Under the pieces are notes generated by a model. That model was not told where the DNA came from. It worked only from the letters and a program-made list of their open reading frames with translations, and ran no database searches. DNA of 64,000 nucleotides from Longimicrobiales bacterium (GTDB taxonomy: Bacteria > Gemmatimonadota > Gemmatimonadetes > Longimicrobiales > Gaopeijiaceae). Each line of letters begins with the position of its first letter. Position 1 is the stretch's first letter. The position numbers and the translations under genes are program-made. Location of the stretch: contig CAXXKM010000002.1 of NCBI GenBank assembly GCA_963664435.2, positions 640,001 through 704,000 of the forward strand. The letters run 5' to 3'. Below, in pieces: positions 37,030 through 47,177 of the stretch.

Positions 37030-37943
37030 GCGTTGCTCCGAACACTCGACTCGGGCGCGGCCTGGGCGCCCTTCTTGGGGATCATCTTGATCGACCGGTG
37101 GAAGGCGAGGTCGCCGGCCTGGCGCTGGATTCCGTGGTGCCCAACCCGTTCCAGCCCCGTCGTGAGTTCAAGGAAGAGGAAATCCGGGAACTCGCGGCGT
37201 CGATCAGGGCAAACGGATTGCTCCAGCCCGTTCTCGTCAGATCCGCGCCGGTGCCCGACCAATGGGAGCTGGTAGCGGGAGAACGCCGATTCCGAGCTGT
37301 CACGAGGCTTGGATGGAGCGAAGTGCCGGCCATCGTGCGCGACGTAGATGACGAAACCATGCTCGTACTGGCGCTTGTCGAGAACCTCCAGCGCCGCGAC
37401 CTCGGCGCGCTGGAGGAGGCTGAGGGCTACAGGGTGCTTGTGGACAAATTCAAGCGCACACAGGAGGATATCGCGCTGGCTGTCGGAAAGAGCCGTGCTG
37501 CGGTGACCAACATCCTCCGTCTTCTGAAGCTTCCCGTTGAAGTCCGGCAGCTGCTTGCGGAAGAAAAGCTCACGCCGGGACATGCGCGGGCACTCCTCGC
37601 CATCGACGACCAGGAATGGGCGGCGGAACTGGCTCGAATGGCGGTCGAAGGCGGTTGGTCGGTCCGCATACTCGAGGAGACCGTGCGCACCAGGCCGACG
37701 CGCCCGGCTCCCAATGAAGATGCACCGGACGACCGAAAGCGCCGGACCCGGCCGTCGCACGCGGTGGACCCGGTGTTGAACGCGTTGCAGGAGGAGTTGC
37801 GGGGCGCGCTCGGGACACGAGTAGTCGTTCGACGGCAGAGGGGAAGCAAAGGCCGCATCGAAATCCCCTTCCACGACGATCAGGATCTTGAACGCGTGTT
37901 TGCCCTGGTGTCCGGCCGGGAGGTCTCGGATGTTCTGGAATAG
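37026..37943 (+). CDS. parB: Chromosome partitioning protein ParB/Spo0J
   Basis: LGRGLGALL, PNPFQPR, GLLQP, AGERRFRA, ENLQR, GKSRAAVTNILRLL, GHARALL. Confidence 0.97.
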   Translation: MSVAPNTRLGRGLGALLGDHLDRPVEGEVAGLALDSVVPNPFQPRREFKEEEIRELAASIRANGLLQPVLVRSAPVPDQWELVAGERRFRAVTRLGWSEVPAIVRDVDDETMLVLALVENLQRRDLGALEEAEGYRVLVDKFKRTQEDIALAVGKSRAAVTNILRLLKLPVEVRQLLAEEKLTPGHARALLAIDDQEWAAELARMAVEGGWSVRILEETVRTRPTRPAPNEDAPDDRKRRTRPSHAVDPVLNALQEELRGALGTRVVVRRQRGSKGRIEIPFHDDQDLERVFALVSGREVSDVLE

Positions 37944-38682
37944 GACATCTCGAAACCGCCGACTGCTGACGGTCGTGCTCCTGGCCGAAGGGTCGGCGAA
38001 TGCCCGCAACTATGAGTTGACCGTGACGCATGCCGTGCTGGTTTCGCTTGCCTTCATCGGACTGATTTCCGTGGGCTACGTGGCCGGCGTTGCAGTGACC
38101 ACGCATCGCGTGGACATCCTGTCGGACTCGCTTGCGGTCCAGGCGGAGGGGATTCAGGCGCTGAGCACGCACATCGACACGGTCGAAGCGCGCTATCTGC
38201 GCATCGCCGAACTGTTTGGTGCCCGCGCAAACGCGCTGTCGGACCTTTGGCTTCCTCCGGTGGGGGGTGACGGAAACTCCGGTCGGTCGGTCGCGGACGA
38301 AACCAGGCCCACCAGCTGGCCCCTGACCGAAAGGGGGTTCGTGACCCAGGCCCTGATTGAAGGCGTGGTGGGCGAACACCCGGGCCTGGACATCGCCATA
38401 ACTACGGGCTCGTATATCCGCGCCGCGGGTGGGGGCGTCGTACTCGAAGCAGGAGACGATCCGCTCTACGGGCGGTTTGTTCGCCTTGACCACGGCGACG
38501 GATACGGCAGCTTGTATGCGCATGCATCCGCGACGTTTGTCGAGACCGGGGACCTGGTGCGGCAGAACGAGGTCATCGCGTTGAGCGGTTCGACGGGCAG
38601 ATCGACGGCTCCGCACCTTCACTTTGAAATCCTTCGAAACAATGAACCTGTCGATCCGTTGACAATCCTTGACCAACCTTGA
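37930..38682 (+). CDS. M23 family metallopeptidase
   Basis: TM + coiled coil; HPGLD, YAH, GSTGRSTAPHLHFE. Confidence 0.92.
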   Translation: MFWNRTSRNRRLLTVVLLAEGSANARNYELTVTHAVLVSLAFIGLISVGYVAGVAVTTHRVDILSDSLAVQAEGIQALSTHIDTVEARYLRIAELFGARANALSDLWLPPVGGDGNSGRSVADETRPTSWPLTERGFVTQALIEGVVGEHPGLDIAITTGSYIRAAGGGVVLEAGDDPLYGRFVRLDHGDGYGSLYAHASATFVETGDLVRQNEVIALSGSTGRSTAPHLHFEILRNNEPVDPLTILDQP

Positions 38683-38745
38683 AGGGTTGGCGGAACCCCT
38701 CGATTTCCGTGGTTCGTTTCAACTACCAGTAAGGGAAACAACAGG

Positions 38746-39132
38746 ATGAGCAAACAGCGCCTCGCTTCGCCCCCCGCGTCTCCAGACAACACGATTTCGA
38801 TCATCGGACCCGGGATGACCGTAGTGGGTGATTGCAAGACCGAGGGGACCATTCGCATCGAAGGCAGGATCGAGGGGGGAGTGGAGGCCGGAAAGGCTGT
38901 TGTCGTCGGGAAGGACGGAATAGTCGTCGGCGACATCTCCACCCAGGACGCGGTCATCTCGGGAAGGCTCAAGGGTACCCTGAAAATCGGTTCGCGCCTG
39001 GAGCTCCAGTCATCCTGCGATGTCGACGGGAATATCGACACCCGCCGCATCGTGCTCGAAGAGGGCGCAACGGTCAACGGAACCGTCAAGATGGGAAGCC
39101 GAGGCGCCAAGCCGCCCTCTACCCGGGAATGA
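38746..39132 (+). CDS. Bactofilin (polymer-forming cytoskeletal protein)
   Basis: SIIGPGMTVVGD...IRIEGRIEG...VVGKDG.V.GDI...LEEGATVNG. Confidence 0.93.
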   Translation: MSKQRLASPPASPDNTISIIGPGMTVVGDCKTEGTIRIEGRIEGGVEAGKAVVVGKDGIVVGDISTQDAVISGRLKGTLKIGSRLELQSSCDVDGNIDTRRIVLEEGATVNGTVKMGSRGAKPPSTRE

Positions 39133-39144
39133 GCGGTGAGCAGG

Positions 39145-39350
39145 ATGTCCACGCCCGGGGAATCGGGTCCTGGCTCCACCGGATTTGGAAGCACCGGGAA
39201 TCTCGGCGGGAGCTGCCTTTCCCCACCTCTCCGCCGTTGTCGTGGAAAACCTCTGAAGTCACTATAATATCGACTCTTCGGAAGGTATATCCACGCTCCC
39301 CGCAGAGCGTGTTATCCACGCGTCTGTCGTTTTCCACAGATCGTGGAAAC
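39145..39350. promoter_or_regulatory. Intergenic DnaA-box cluster
   Basis: ATGTCCACG 39145, CGTGGAAAA 39241, ATATCCACG 39287, TTATCCACG 39312, TTTTCCACA 39330, CGTGGAAAC 39342; TATAAT at 39263. Confidence 0.7.
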
Positions 39351-39418
39351 CCCTTGCGCGCACGCTTCGGCGCGGGGGAGTTCATATGCAAGGTGCAAGG
39401 ACGAACGAGGGCCGGGGG

Positions 39419-40171
39419 ATGAAGCTGAAAGCGCTCGTTGAGTATGTCGACGAATACCTCCGCGTGCCCGGCTTCCCGGACTACCCCAACGCCTACAACG
39501 GACTCCAGGTTCAGGGGGCGGCCCGGGTTGGCAGCATCTGTGCCGCCGTGGATGCCAGTGAAGCCGCCATCAACGCCGCCGCCGAGCGCGGAAGCGATCT
39601 CCTGCTCGTGCACCACGGGCTCTTCTGGGATGGGGCGGCTCCCGTAACCGGCAGACGTTTTCGGAAGCTGTTCGCCCTCCTCCGCAACGAACTGGGTCTT
39701 TACTCGGCTCATCTGCCGCTGGACGCACACCCCGAGGTCGGCAACTGCGCCTTGCTCGCCCGCGCTCTGGACATCGAAATCGAGAAGGGATTCGGCTCCT
39801 ACCAGGGCGTGGATGTGGGCTGGATCGGGACGACCTCGGAGACACGCAAGGCCCTCGGTGACCGGTTGGCGGAGTCACTACAAGTGACAGTCCGACTTAT
39901 AGATGGCGGACCTGACCAGATACACAGGGTCGCGGTTGTGACGGGTGCGGGCGGGTCCATGATCGCCGAGGCGGCGGCGTCCGGCGCCGATGCCCTCGTG
40001 ACCGGCGAAGGCGCGCATCATACGTACTTCGATGCGATGGAATACGGCATCAACGTTTACTATGCGGGCCATTACGCCACCGAGACGCTCGGGGTGCGCG
40101 CGCTCGCCTCCCATCTGGAGGCGCGCTTCGGCATTCCCTGGGAGTTTCTGGATTTTCCGACGGGCATGTAG
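39419..40171 (+). CDS. Nif3-like dinuclear metal centre hexameric protein
   Basis: NGLQVQG, LVHHGLFW, YSAHLPLDAHPEVGN, VTGE, AGHYATE. Confidence 0.94.
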   Translation: MKLKALVEYVDEYLRVPGFPDYPNAYNGLQVQGAARVGSICAAVDASEAAINAAAERGSDLLLVHHGLFWDGAAPVTGRRFRKLFALLRNELGLYSAHLPLDAHPEVGNCALLARALDIEIEKGFGSYQGVDVGWIGTTSETRKALGDRLAESLQVTVRLIDGGPDQIHRVAVVTGAGGSMIAEAAASGADALVTGEGAHHTYFDAMEYGINVYYAGHYATETLGVRALASHLEARFGIPWEFLDFPTGM

Positions 40172-40369
40172 GCCCCGCCGGTCATGGGCACTGGCCTCGC
40201 CTCGACGGCTCAGGCCGTTGCGCATCGGAGGAGGAGGTACCCATGATCGCACGGGGCCTCAACAGGTGTTTGTCGCAATCCTTCCTGGCGTGCGCCATGC
40301 CCGGGAGGATGGGCGACCCTGTCCAGGGACCCGGCGCCGGAAGCCGATGACCGAGAAGCGAGGCACATC

Positions 40370-41128
40370 ATGAAATGCCCACAATGCGGCGTGAACGCCG
40401 CCGGCAAGTTCTGCGCGGAATGCGGGGCGGCCATCCGTGAGCCGTCGTGCCCCTCCTGTGGGGAGACGGCCCCGGCGGGCGCGTCGTTCTGCATCTTCTG
40501 CGGCACACCCCTCCGGCGCCGCCGGCCGGCGGCGGCCAGCGCGGGCGGCAGGAGGGTGCTGTGGGCCAGCGGCGTGTTCGCCGGCGTATTGATCATCGGC
40601 GCCGGGTACTGGGCGCTGGAACGGGATGATCCGGGCGATGCTCCGCCCCCCGACCCCGCGGCGGGCCTGGTGCCCGCTGCCGGGGCGCCTCCGGATCTGA
40701 GCTCCATGACGCCGCGGGAGGCCGCGGATCGGCTGTACGATCGAATCATGCGGGCCGCGTCCGCCGGGGACACCGCCGAGGCGCTGGCATTCCTGCCGAT
40801 GGCCCTTGACGCCTACGACCTGACGGTCCCTCTGGATGCGGATGGCCACTACCACGTGTCCCTGCTGCACGCTCTGGGCGCGGACTACGAGATGGCGCGG
40901 GAGGCGGCCGAGCGGGCGCTGGCCGACACGCCCAACCACCTGCTCCTCCTGGGCGCGGCGGCGCGGGCGGCCGCCGAACTCGGCGACGATGACCGAGCCA
41001 ACGGCTATTACGCTCGATTCCGGGGGGCGTGGGACAGCGAACAGGCGCGCGGGCTCGAAGAGTACTCCATGCACGCCATCCCGCTCGCGGAGATGAGGGA
41101 GGCGGCAGAGGCGCGAGCCGGTGGGTAG
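40370..41128 (+). CDS. Double zinc-ribbon membrane protein with TPR-like domain
   Basis: CPQC..FCAEC..CPSC..FCIFC; TM helix; helical C-terminus. Confidence 0.8.
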   Translation: MKCPQCGVNAAGKFCAECGAAIREPSCPSCGETAPAGASFCIFCGTPLRRRRPAAASAGGRRVLWASGVFAGVLIIGAGYWALERDDPGDAPPPDPAAGLVPAAGAPPDLSSMTPREAADRLYDRIMRAASAGDTAEALAFLPMALDAYDLTVPLDADGHYHVSLLHALGADYEMAREAAERALADTPNHLLLLGAAARAAAELGDDDRANGYYARFRGAWDSEQARGLEEYSMHAIPLAEMREAAEARAGG

Positions 41129-41179
41129 TGCCGAAGAACGTCGGCCGGCACTGCAGTCGGGCGGGAGCATCGGCCCCTC

Positions 41180-42355
41180 GTGATCGACTCCCCCCTGGCG
41201 CTGCTCGCGACCATTGCGGGCGTGGTGGTGCTCGCCCTGTGGCTGGAGCGTCGCCGGGTGCCGGGGCTCTGGAAGCTGGGAGCCACCCTGCTCGCGATCG
41301 CCATCGGCGGAGTTCTCTCCAACGTGGGGCTCGTGCCCCCGGCTTCGCCCATCTACCAGGCCATCACGGGCACCGTGACCGACTTGGCCATCGTGTGGCT
41401 GCTCCTCGCGGTCAACCTGGCCGACCTGCGGAAGGCGGGCGGGACCATGCTGGTCGCGTTCGGCATCGCGGTGGTGGGCACGGCCCTGGGGGCGTTTGCG
41501 GGGGCGTTCCTGTTCGGAGGCGCGATCGGCGAGGAGACGTGGAAGCTTGCGGGGGCGCTCACGGGAACGTATTCGGGAGGATCACTGAACTTCACCGCGG
41601 TAAGCCGGGCAGTCGACATGTCCGATGCCCTCTTCGTGGGCGCCACCGCCGCGGACAACGTCGTCACCGGACTCTGGCTGGCGGCGTGCGTGGTGCTGCC
41701 CCGGTGGATCGGGCGGTACTACCCGGCGCCGCCATCATCGCCAGACGCCCCGCCGGCCTCGCCCTCGAACCACCCCGGCCGCGATCCCGATCTTTCCGAC
41801 GACGAATCCGCGCATCCGCTCTTCGCGGGCGCCTCGGTTTCCACTCATCAGCTGGCGATTCTCGTCGCGGCAGGGCTCGCGATCATGATCGCGTCGCGGG
41901 TCCTCGCGACCGTCACCCCCGCAATCAACCCGGTGCTCTGGCTCACCACCCTGGCCCTTGCCACGGGCCACGCCATGCCATCCGGCGCGAAACGGGGCGC
42001 GCTCCAGCTCGGCAACCTCGCACTGCTGTTCTTCTTCGTGGTGATCGGCATCTACTCCCGGATCGCCGAAGTGCTTGCCGTGGGTGTCCAGGTGCTCTTC
42101 TACGCCCTCTTCGTCGTCGCCGTCCACGGCGTGCTGGTCTTCCTGGCGGGCCGCTTCCTGCGCGTGGACATCGGCACGCTGTGCGTGGCTTCCCAGGCCT
42201 CGGTGGGAGGACCCGGAAGCGCGCTGGCGGTAGCGGTAGCCGGGGGCTGGCGATCGCTCATTCTGCCCGGTATTCTGGTGGGTCTGCTGGGCTACGCCCT
42301 GGGCACGTACGCAGGTATGGGCATCGCGCAGGCGTTGCGGGGATTCGGCTTCTAG
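41180..42355 (+). CDS. DUF819 family membrane protein
   Basis: Multi-TM; GTYSGGSLNF, AADNV, ASQASVGGP, GLLGYALGTY. Confidence 0.88.
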   Translation: MIDSPLALLATIAGVVVLALWLERRRVPGLWKLGATLLAIAIGGVLSNVGLVPPASPIYQAITGTVTDLAIVWLLLAVNLADLRKAGGTMLVAFGIAVVGTALGAFAGAFLFGGAIGEETWKLAGALTGTYSGGSLNFTAVSRAVDMSDALFVGATAADNVVTGLWLAACVVLPRWIGRYYPAPPSSPDAPPASPSNHPGRDPDLSDDESAHPLFAGASVSTHQLAILVAAGLAIMIASRVLATVTPAINPVLWLTTLALATGHAMPSGAKRGALQLGNLALLFFFVVIGIYSRIAEVLAVGVQVLFYALFVVAVHGVLVFLAGRFLRVDIGTLCVASQASVGGPGSALAVAVAGGWRSLILPGILVGLLGYALGTYAGMGIAQALRGFGF

Positions 42356-42380
42356 AGCTGCGCCGCACAGGTGCGCTCCG

Positions 42381-42410
42381 TTGCCGTAGAAAGCGTCTGG
42401 GTTTTATCAT
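42381..42410 (+). promoter_or_regulatory. Putative lipA-pdh promoter
   Basis: TTGCCG-N18-TATCAT. Confidence 0.45.
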
Positions 42411-42566
42411 TCCACGCTACGCAACGGGACGCGCGCATCGCGCCGGACCCCGACATAAAGACCCTTCGCGGGCCCGCGTTGCCGGCGGACCCAAACCAGC
42501 CAGGACTGCGATCCCGGGGGCCGATCCGGGTCCGGCTCAAGGGAACGAGCGACGGAGAACTCGAGG

Positions 42567-43688
42567 TTGAGCCAGCCCCTCAAAGCCTGGACAGGATACG
42601 CGCCGGCGCGCAAGGACACGGGCACCGTCACGCCCAAGGGCTCTTCCCGCATCCGCGCGCACGATGGCCTCGCCACCATATCCCCGAGCGACCGCAAGCC
42701 GTCCTGGCTGAAGGTGCGTTCTCCCGGGGGACCGAACTACCTGCGGCTGAAGCGCCTCATGCGCAGCCAGGCGCTTCACACCGTGTGCGAGGAGGCGGGC
42801 TGCCCCAACATCGGCGAATGCTGGGAGGCCGGCACCGCCACCTTCATGATCCTGGGTGATGTCTGCACGCGCGCGTGCAAGTACTGCGCTGTCGCCCACG
42901 GACTGCCGACCGTGCTGGACCGGGACGAACCCCGGCGTGTCGCGGATACCGTGGCCGCAATGGACCTCGAGCACGTCGTGATCACCAGCGTGAACCGCGA
43001 TGAGCTGCCGGACGGCGGGTCCGCCATCTATGCAGAGACCATTCGCCGCATCGGCGACCGCCTTCCCGCATGCTCGGTCGAGGTGCTGATCCCGGACTTC
43101 AAGGGGGACGAAGACGCCCTGGCGACGGTTCTGGCCGCTCGACCGGCGATCCTCGGGCACAACCTGGAGACCGTCGAACGGCTCCACCCGGAGGTGCGCC
43201 CGGGAGGCCGCTACTGGCGCTCGATCTCCTTCCTCGGAGCTTCCAAGCGCCTCGCGCCGCACATCCTGACGAAGACGGGCATCATTCTGGGGATGGGGGA
43301 GCGCGCATCCGAGATCCGGCAGGCGATGAGCGACCTTCGCGAGGCCGGTGTCGACATTCTCACCCTGGGCCAGTATCTCCGTCCGTCGCTTCAGCACATC
43401 CCCGTTGCCCGCTGGGTTACGCCGCAGGAATTCGAAGACTGGAAGCGGATCGGCGAGGAAGGATTCGGCTTCCGCCACGTGGAGTCGGGTCCCCTGGTCC
43501 GCTCCAGTTATCATGCCAAGGACCAGGCGCGCCAGGTATCCGCCGGCGCAGCGGGTTCGATTCGGCACGTGCAGGAGGCCGATCTTCCCGCGCCCGCTGA
43601 GGTGCCGGGGCTCAGGCTGGTGCAGATCGAGACGAGGCGTTCCGCGAGAGACGGAACGGAGGGAGGGGAGGTGGCACATGCCCGATAG
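42567..43688 (+). CDS. lipA: Lipoyl synthase
   Basis: RKPSWLK, CEEAGCPNIGEC, CTRACKYC, HNLETV, GQYLRP, GPLVRSSYHA. Confidence 0.97.
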   Translation: MSQPLKAWTGYAPARKDTGTVTPKGSSRIRAHDGLATISPSDRKPSWLKVRSPGGPNYLRLKRLMRSQALHTVCEEAGCPNIGECWEAGTATFMILGDVCTRACKYCAVAHGLPTVLDRDEPRRVADTVAAMDLEHVVITSVNRDELPDGGSAIYAETIRRIGDRLPACSVEVLIPDFKGDEDALATVLAARPAILGHNLETVERLHPEVRPGGRYWRSISFLGASKRLAPHILTKTGIILGMGERASEIRQAMSDLREAGVDILTLGQYLRPSLQHIPVARWVTPQEFEDWKRIGEEGFGFRHVESGPLVRSSYHAKDQARQVSAGAAGSIRHVQEADLPAPAEVPGLRLVQIETRRSARDGTEGGEVAHAR

Positions 43689-44742
43689 CGCCGTGCGGGA
43701 CGCATCCAGGTCCGCCGCTCCGCCTTTCATCGAAGGCTTTCCGGCCGAACAGGTGCTTGGCTTCCTGCGCGAGATGCTCATATACCGGCGATTCGAGCAG
43801 GAGGCGGAGGAGGCATACGCGATCGGCAAGATCGGGGGCTTCTGCCACCTGCATACCGGGCAGGAAGGGGTGGCGCTGGGCTTCATCGGGCCGCTCCGCC
43901 CCGACGACTATGCCCTTTCGGCCTACCGGGAACACACCCTGGCGCTCGCCAAGGGCATCTCCGCGCGCGCGGCCATGGCCGAGTTGTACGGGCGGGCGGG
44001 CGGCTGTTCCGGCGGCAAGGGCGGCTCGATGCACCTCTTCTCGGCGAAGCACAACTTCATGGGCGGATGGGGCATCGTCGGGGGCCAGATTCCGCTGGCG
44101 ACCGGTCTGGGCTGGGCGATCCGCTACCGCGGGGAAGACCGGGTCTGCGTCTGCTTCCTGGGCGACGCGGCCGTCAACCAGGGCTCATTCCACGAGTCGC
44201 TCAACATGGCGGCCATCTGGAAGCTGCCGGTCATCTACGTCGTCGAGAACAACGGGTATGGCATGGGGACGGCGTTCAACCGCGTGACCACGACCCCCAT
44301 GGTCGAAAAATCGCGGGCGCACGGTATTCCCGCGCACTACGTTGACGGCCAGGATGTGCTTGCGGTCTGGCGGCTGATGGAAGACCTGCTGGAGCAGGTG
44401 CGCGACGGCGCCGGACCCCAGTTCGTGGACGCCGAAACGTATCGCTTCAAGGGCCATTCGATGTCCGATCCGGTGTCGGGCACGTACCGCAGCAAGGAGG
44501 AGGTCGAGTCGCGGGTCCGCGAAGACGACCCCATCGCCCATGTGCGCGATCTCCTGATCCAGAGCGGGCATCTCACGCGCGAGGGCCTCGAGCGCATGGA
44601 CGAGGAAGTGCGCGAGCTGGTCGCTGACGCCGCCGACTTCGCGGACCGCTCGCCGCTCCCCTCCGACGACAGCCTCCACGAATTCGTCTACAGCGACATG
44701 GACGTGCACGGCAGGCTCTTCTTCGATGGGCGGGGAGGCTGA
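43678..44742 (+). CDS. pdhA: Pyruvate dehydrogenase E1 alpha
   Basis: GGFCHLHTGQE, YREH, GKGGSMH, GDAAVNQG, ENNGYGMGT, YRFKGHSMSDP. Confidence 0.95.
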   Translation: MPDSAVRDASRSAAPPFIEGFPAEQVLGFLREMLIYRRFEQEAEEAYAIGKIGGFCHLHTGQEGVALGFIGPLRPDDYALSAYREHTLALAKGISARAAMAELYGRAGGCSGGKGGSMHLFSAKHNFMGGWGIVGGQIPLATGLGWAIRYRGEDRVCVCFLGDAAVNQGSFHESLNMAAIWKLPVIYVVENNGYGMGTAFNRVTTTPMVEKSRAHGIPAHYVDGQDVLAVWRLMEDLLEQVRDGAGPQFVDAETYRFKGHSMSDPVSGTYRSKEEVESRVREDDPIAHVRDLLIQSGHLTREGLERMDEEVRELVADAADFADRSPLPSDDSLHEFVYSDMDVHGRLFFDGRGG

Positions 44743-44743
44743 G

Positions 44744-45724
44744 ATGGCGGTCATGACCTACCGGGACGCCCTCAACGAGGCGCTCGCGGAGGAGATGGAG
44801 CGCGACGACTCCGTTTTCCTCATGGGCGAGGAAGTCGCCGAGTACGATGGCGCCTACAAGGTGTCCCGGGGCCTGCTCGAGCGCTTCGGCGACGCACGGG
44901 TGGTGGACACGCCGATCAGCGAACTCGGCTTCGCCGGACTGGGCGTGGGCGCGGCCATGGCCGGGCTCCGGCCCGTCATCGAGTTCATGACCTTCAACTT
45001 CGCGTTCCTGGCCCTCGACCAGGTCATCAACAACGCGGCCAAGACCCACTACATGACCAACGGGCAGCTGCACGTGCCCATCGTCTTTCGCGGACCCAAC
45101 GGGGCGGCCCTGCAGCTCGCCGCGCAGCACTCGCAGGCGTGCGAGTCCTACTATGTTCACGCCCCGGGGGTCAAGCTGGTGAATCCGGCGACGCCGTCGG
45201 ATGCCAAGGGCCTGCTCAAGGCCGCGATTCGCGACGACGATCCGGTGGTCGTGATGGAATCCGAGATGCTCTACAACGCCCGCGGCGACGTTCCCGAGGG
45301 CGAGCACTTCGTACCTCTGGGCGTAGCCGATGTGAAGATGGAGGGTACGGACGTCACGATCGTCTCGCACGGGCAGATGGTCCATGTGGCGCTTCAGGCG
45401 GCCCGCATGCTCGAGAAGGAAGATGTTTCCGCCGAGGTGCTCGACTTGCGCTCGCTGCGTCCCCTGGACATGGAGGCGATTCTGCGCTCCGTCCACAAGA
45501 CCAATCGCGCGGTCTACGTGGAGGAAAGCTGGCCGTTCGTGGGCGTCGGCGCACAGATCGTCGCGCTGATCCAGGACGAGGGTTTCGACGATCTGGACGC
45601 GCCGGTGCAGCGGATCACCCAGGCGGACGTGCCCATGCCCTACGCCAGGAATCTGGAGAAGCAGTCGAAACCGGACGCGGCGCGGGTCGTGGACGCGTGC
45701 AGGAAGGTTCTCTACCGCAACTGA
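44744..45724 (+). CDS. pdhB: Pyruvate dehydrogenase E1 beta
   Basis: GEEVAEYDGAYKVS, DTPISE, EFMTFNF, AAQHSQ, DVPMPYA. Confidence 0.95.
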   Translation: MAVMTYRDALNEALAEEMERDDSVFLMGEEVAEYDGAYKVSRGLLERFGDARVVDTPISELGFAGLGVGAAMAGLRPVIEFMTFNFAFLALDQVINNAAKTHYMTNGQLHVPIVFRGPNGAALQLAAQHSQACESYYVHAPGVKLVNPATPSDAKGLLKAAIRDDDPVVVMESEMLYNARGDVPEGEHFVPLGVADVKMEGTDVTIVSHGQMVHVALQAARMLEKEDVSAEVLDLRSLRPLDMEAILRSVHKTNRAVYVEESWPFVGVGAQIVALIQDEGFDDLDAPVQRITQADVPMPYARNLEKQSKPDAARVVDACRKVLYRN

Positions 45725-45782
45725 CCCTGGTCGCTCCATCCGACGCGTGGCAAACACCGATCCGACCACCCGAGGCTAGTCG

Positions 45783-47111
45783 ATGGCCACCAAAGTGCAC
45801 ATGGAAGCCCTCTCGCCCACCATGGAAGAGGGGCAGGTCGTCAGGTGGCTCAAGGCGGAGGGTGACCGGATCGCGGCCGGCGAACTGCTGGCCGAGATCG
45901 AGACCGACAAGGCGACCATGGAACTCGTTGCGCGCGGCGACGGCGTGTTGCGGGCCATCCTGCTGAACCAGGGACAGACGGCGCCCGTGGGAGACGTGAT
46001 CGCCGTCATCGCGGCCGATGACGAAGATGTGTCGGACCTGGTGGCGGCGGCGGCCCCGGCTTCGACGGCATCCCCGGCCACGGAGACCGAGGAGGAGCCT
46101 GTTCGGGCGGCAGCGCCTTCATCAACGGCTCCCACCAGCACGCCACCTCCCGGCACACCGCCTCCAACAACGCCGCCAGGTGGCCCGCAGCCCGCACCGC
46201 CGGTGGTCCAGGCGACCCTTCCGGCAGAGCCGGCTGCCGAGGCCCGCAAGGACGGTGAACGGCTGAGGGCGTCACCCCTCGCCCGCCGCCTGGCCCGGGA
46301 GGCCGGGCTCCGCCTGGAGGCGGTCGTAGGGTCCGGGCCCCGGGGCAGAATCGTCAAGCGGGACATCGAGGCCGCGCTGGCCGCCGGGACGGCGACGGCT
46401 CCCGCGCCCAGGCCGGACGTCCCGGGCGAGGATTTCGTGGACGTCCCGCTCACGCAGATACGCAAGACGATCGCGCGCCGGCTGGTCGAGTCCCTGGGGC
46501 CGGTGCCGCACTTCTTCCTCACGGCCGATGTCGACATGGCCCGGGCAACCGAGCTGCGCCAGCAGTTCAACGAGCTCGAGCTTGGCGCGCGCATCTCCTT
46601 CAACGACATCGTCATCAAGGCGACGGCGCTTGCGCTGGCCCGCCATCCCGAGTGCAACGCGTGGTGGGGTGGCGATCACGTCCGCAGACACAACCGCGTG
46701 CACATCGGCGTCGCGGTGGCCATCGACGACGGTCTCATTACTCCGGTGGTGCGGGATGCCCATGCGCGCCGGATCGCCGAAATGTCGAACGAGGTGAAGG
46801 AGCTGGCGGCCCTGGCGCGAGCGAAGCGGCTGACGCCGGAGCAGTACACGGGATCCACCTTCTCCCTCTCCAACCTGGGGATGTTCGGGATCGAGCAGTT
46901 CACCGGGGTCATCAACCCGCCCGAGGCCGGAATCCTGGCCGTGGGCGCGGTCGAGGATCGGCCGGTGGCGGCCGACGGTCAGGTCGTGGTGCGTCGTCGC
47001 ATGCGCATGACGATGAGCTGCGACCACCGGATCATCGACGGGGCCCAGGGCGCGCGCTTCCTCGCCACGCTGAAGGACATCCTGGAGAAACCGTTGAGCG
47101 TGCTGCTCTAG
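45783..47111 (+). CDS. pdhC: Pyruvate dehydrogenase E2 dihydrolipoamide acetyltransferase
   Basis: LSPTMEEG, ETDKA lipoyl lysine, ASPLARRLA, SNLGMFGI, DHRIIDG. Confidence 0.95.
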   Translation: MATKVHMEALSPTMEEGQVVRWLKAEGDRIAAGELLAEIETDKATMELVARGDGVLRAILLNQGQTAPVGDVIAVIAADDEDVSDLVAAAAPASTASPATETEEEPVRAAAPSSTAPTSTPPPGTPPPTTPPGGPQPAPPVVQATLPAEPAAEARKDGERLRASPLARRLAREAGLRLEAVVGSGPRGRIVKRDIEAALAAGTATAPAPRPDVPGEDFVDVPLTQIRKTIARRLVESLGPVPHFFLTADVDMARATELRQQFNELELGARISFNDIVIKATALALARHPECNAWWGGDHVRRHNRVHIGVAVAIDDGLITPVVRDAHARRIAEMSNEVKELAALARAKRLTPEQYTGSTFSLSNLGMFGIEQFTGVINPPEAGILAVGAVEDRPVAADGQVVVRRRMRMTMSCDHRIIDGAQGARFLATLKDILEKPLSVLL

Positions 47112-47177
47112 CAGGCCCGCAGACGAACTCCGCCCGGCGTTTGCGCGGGTCCGTCCCAGGAGCCGCCAGAGTTCCCG

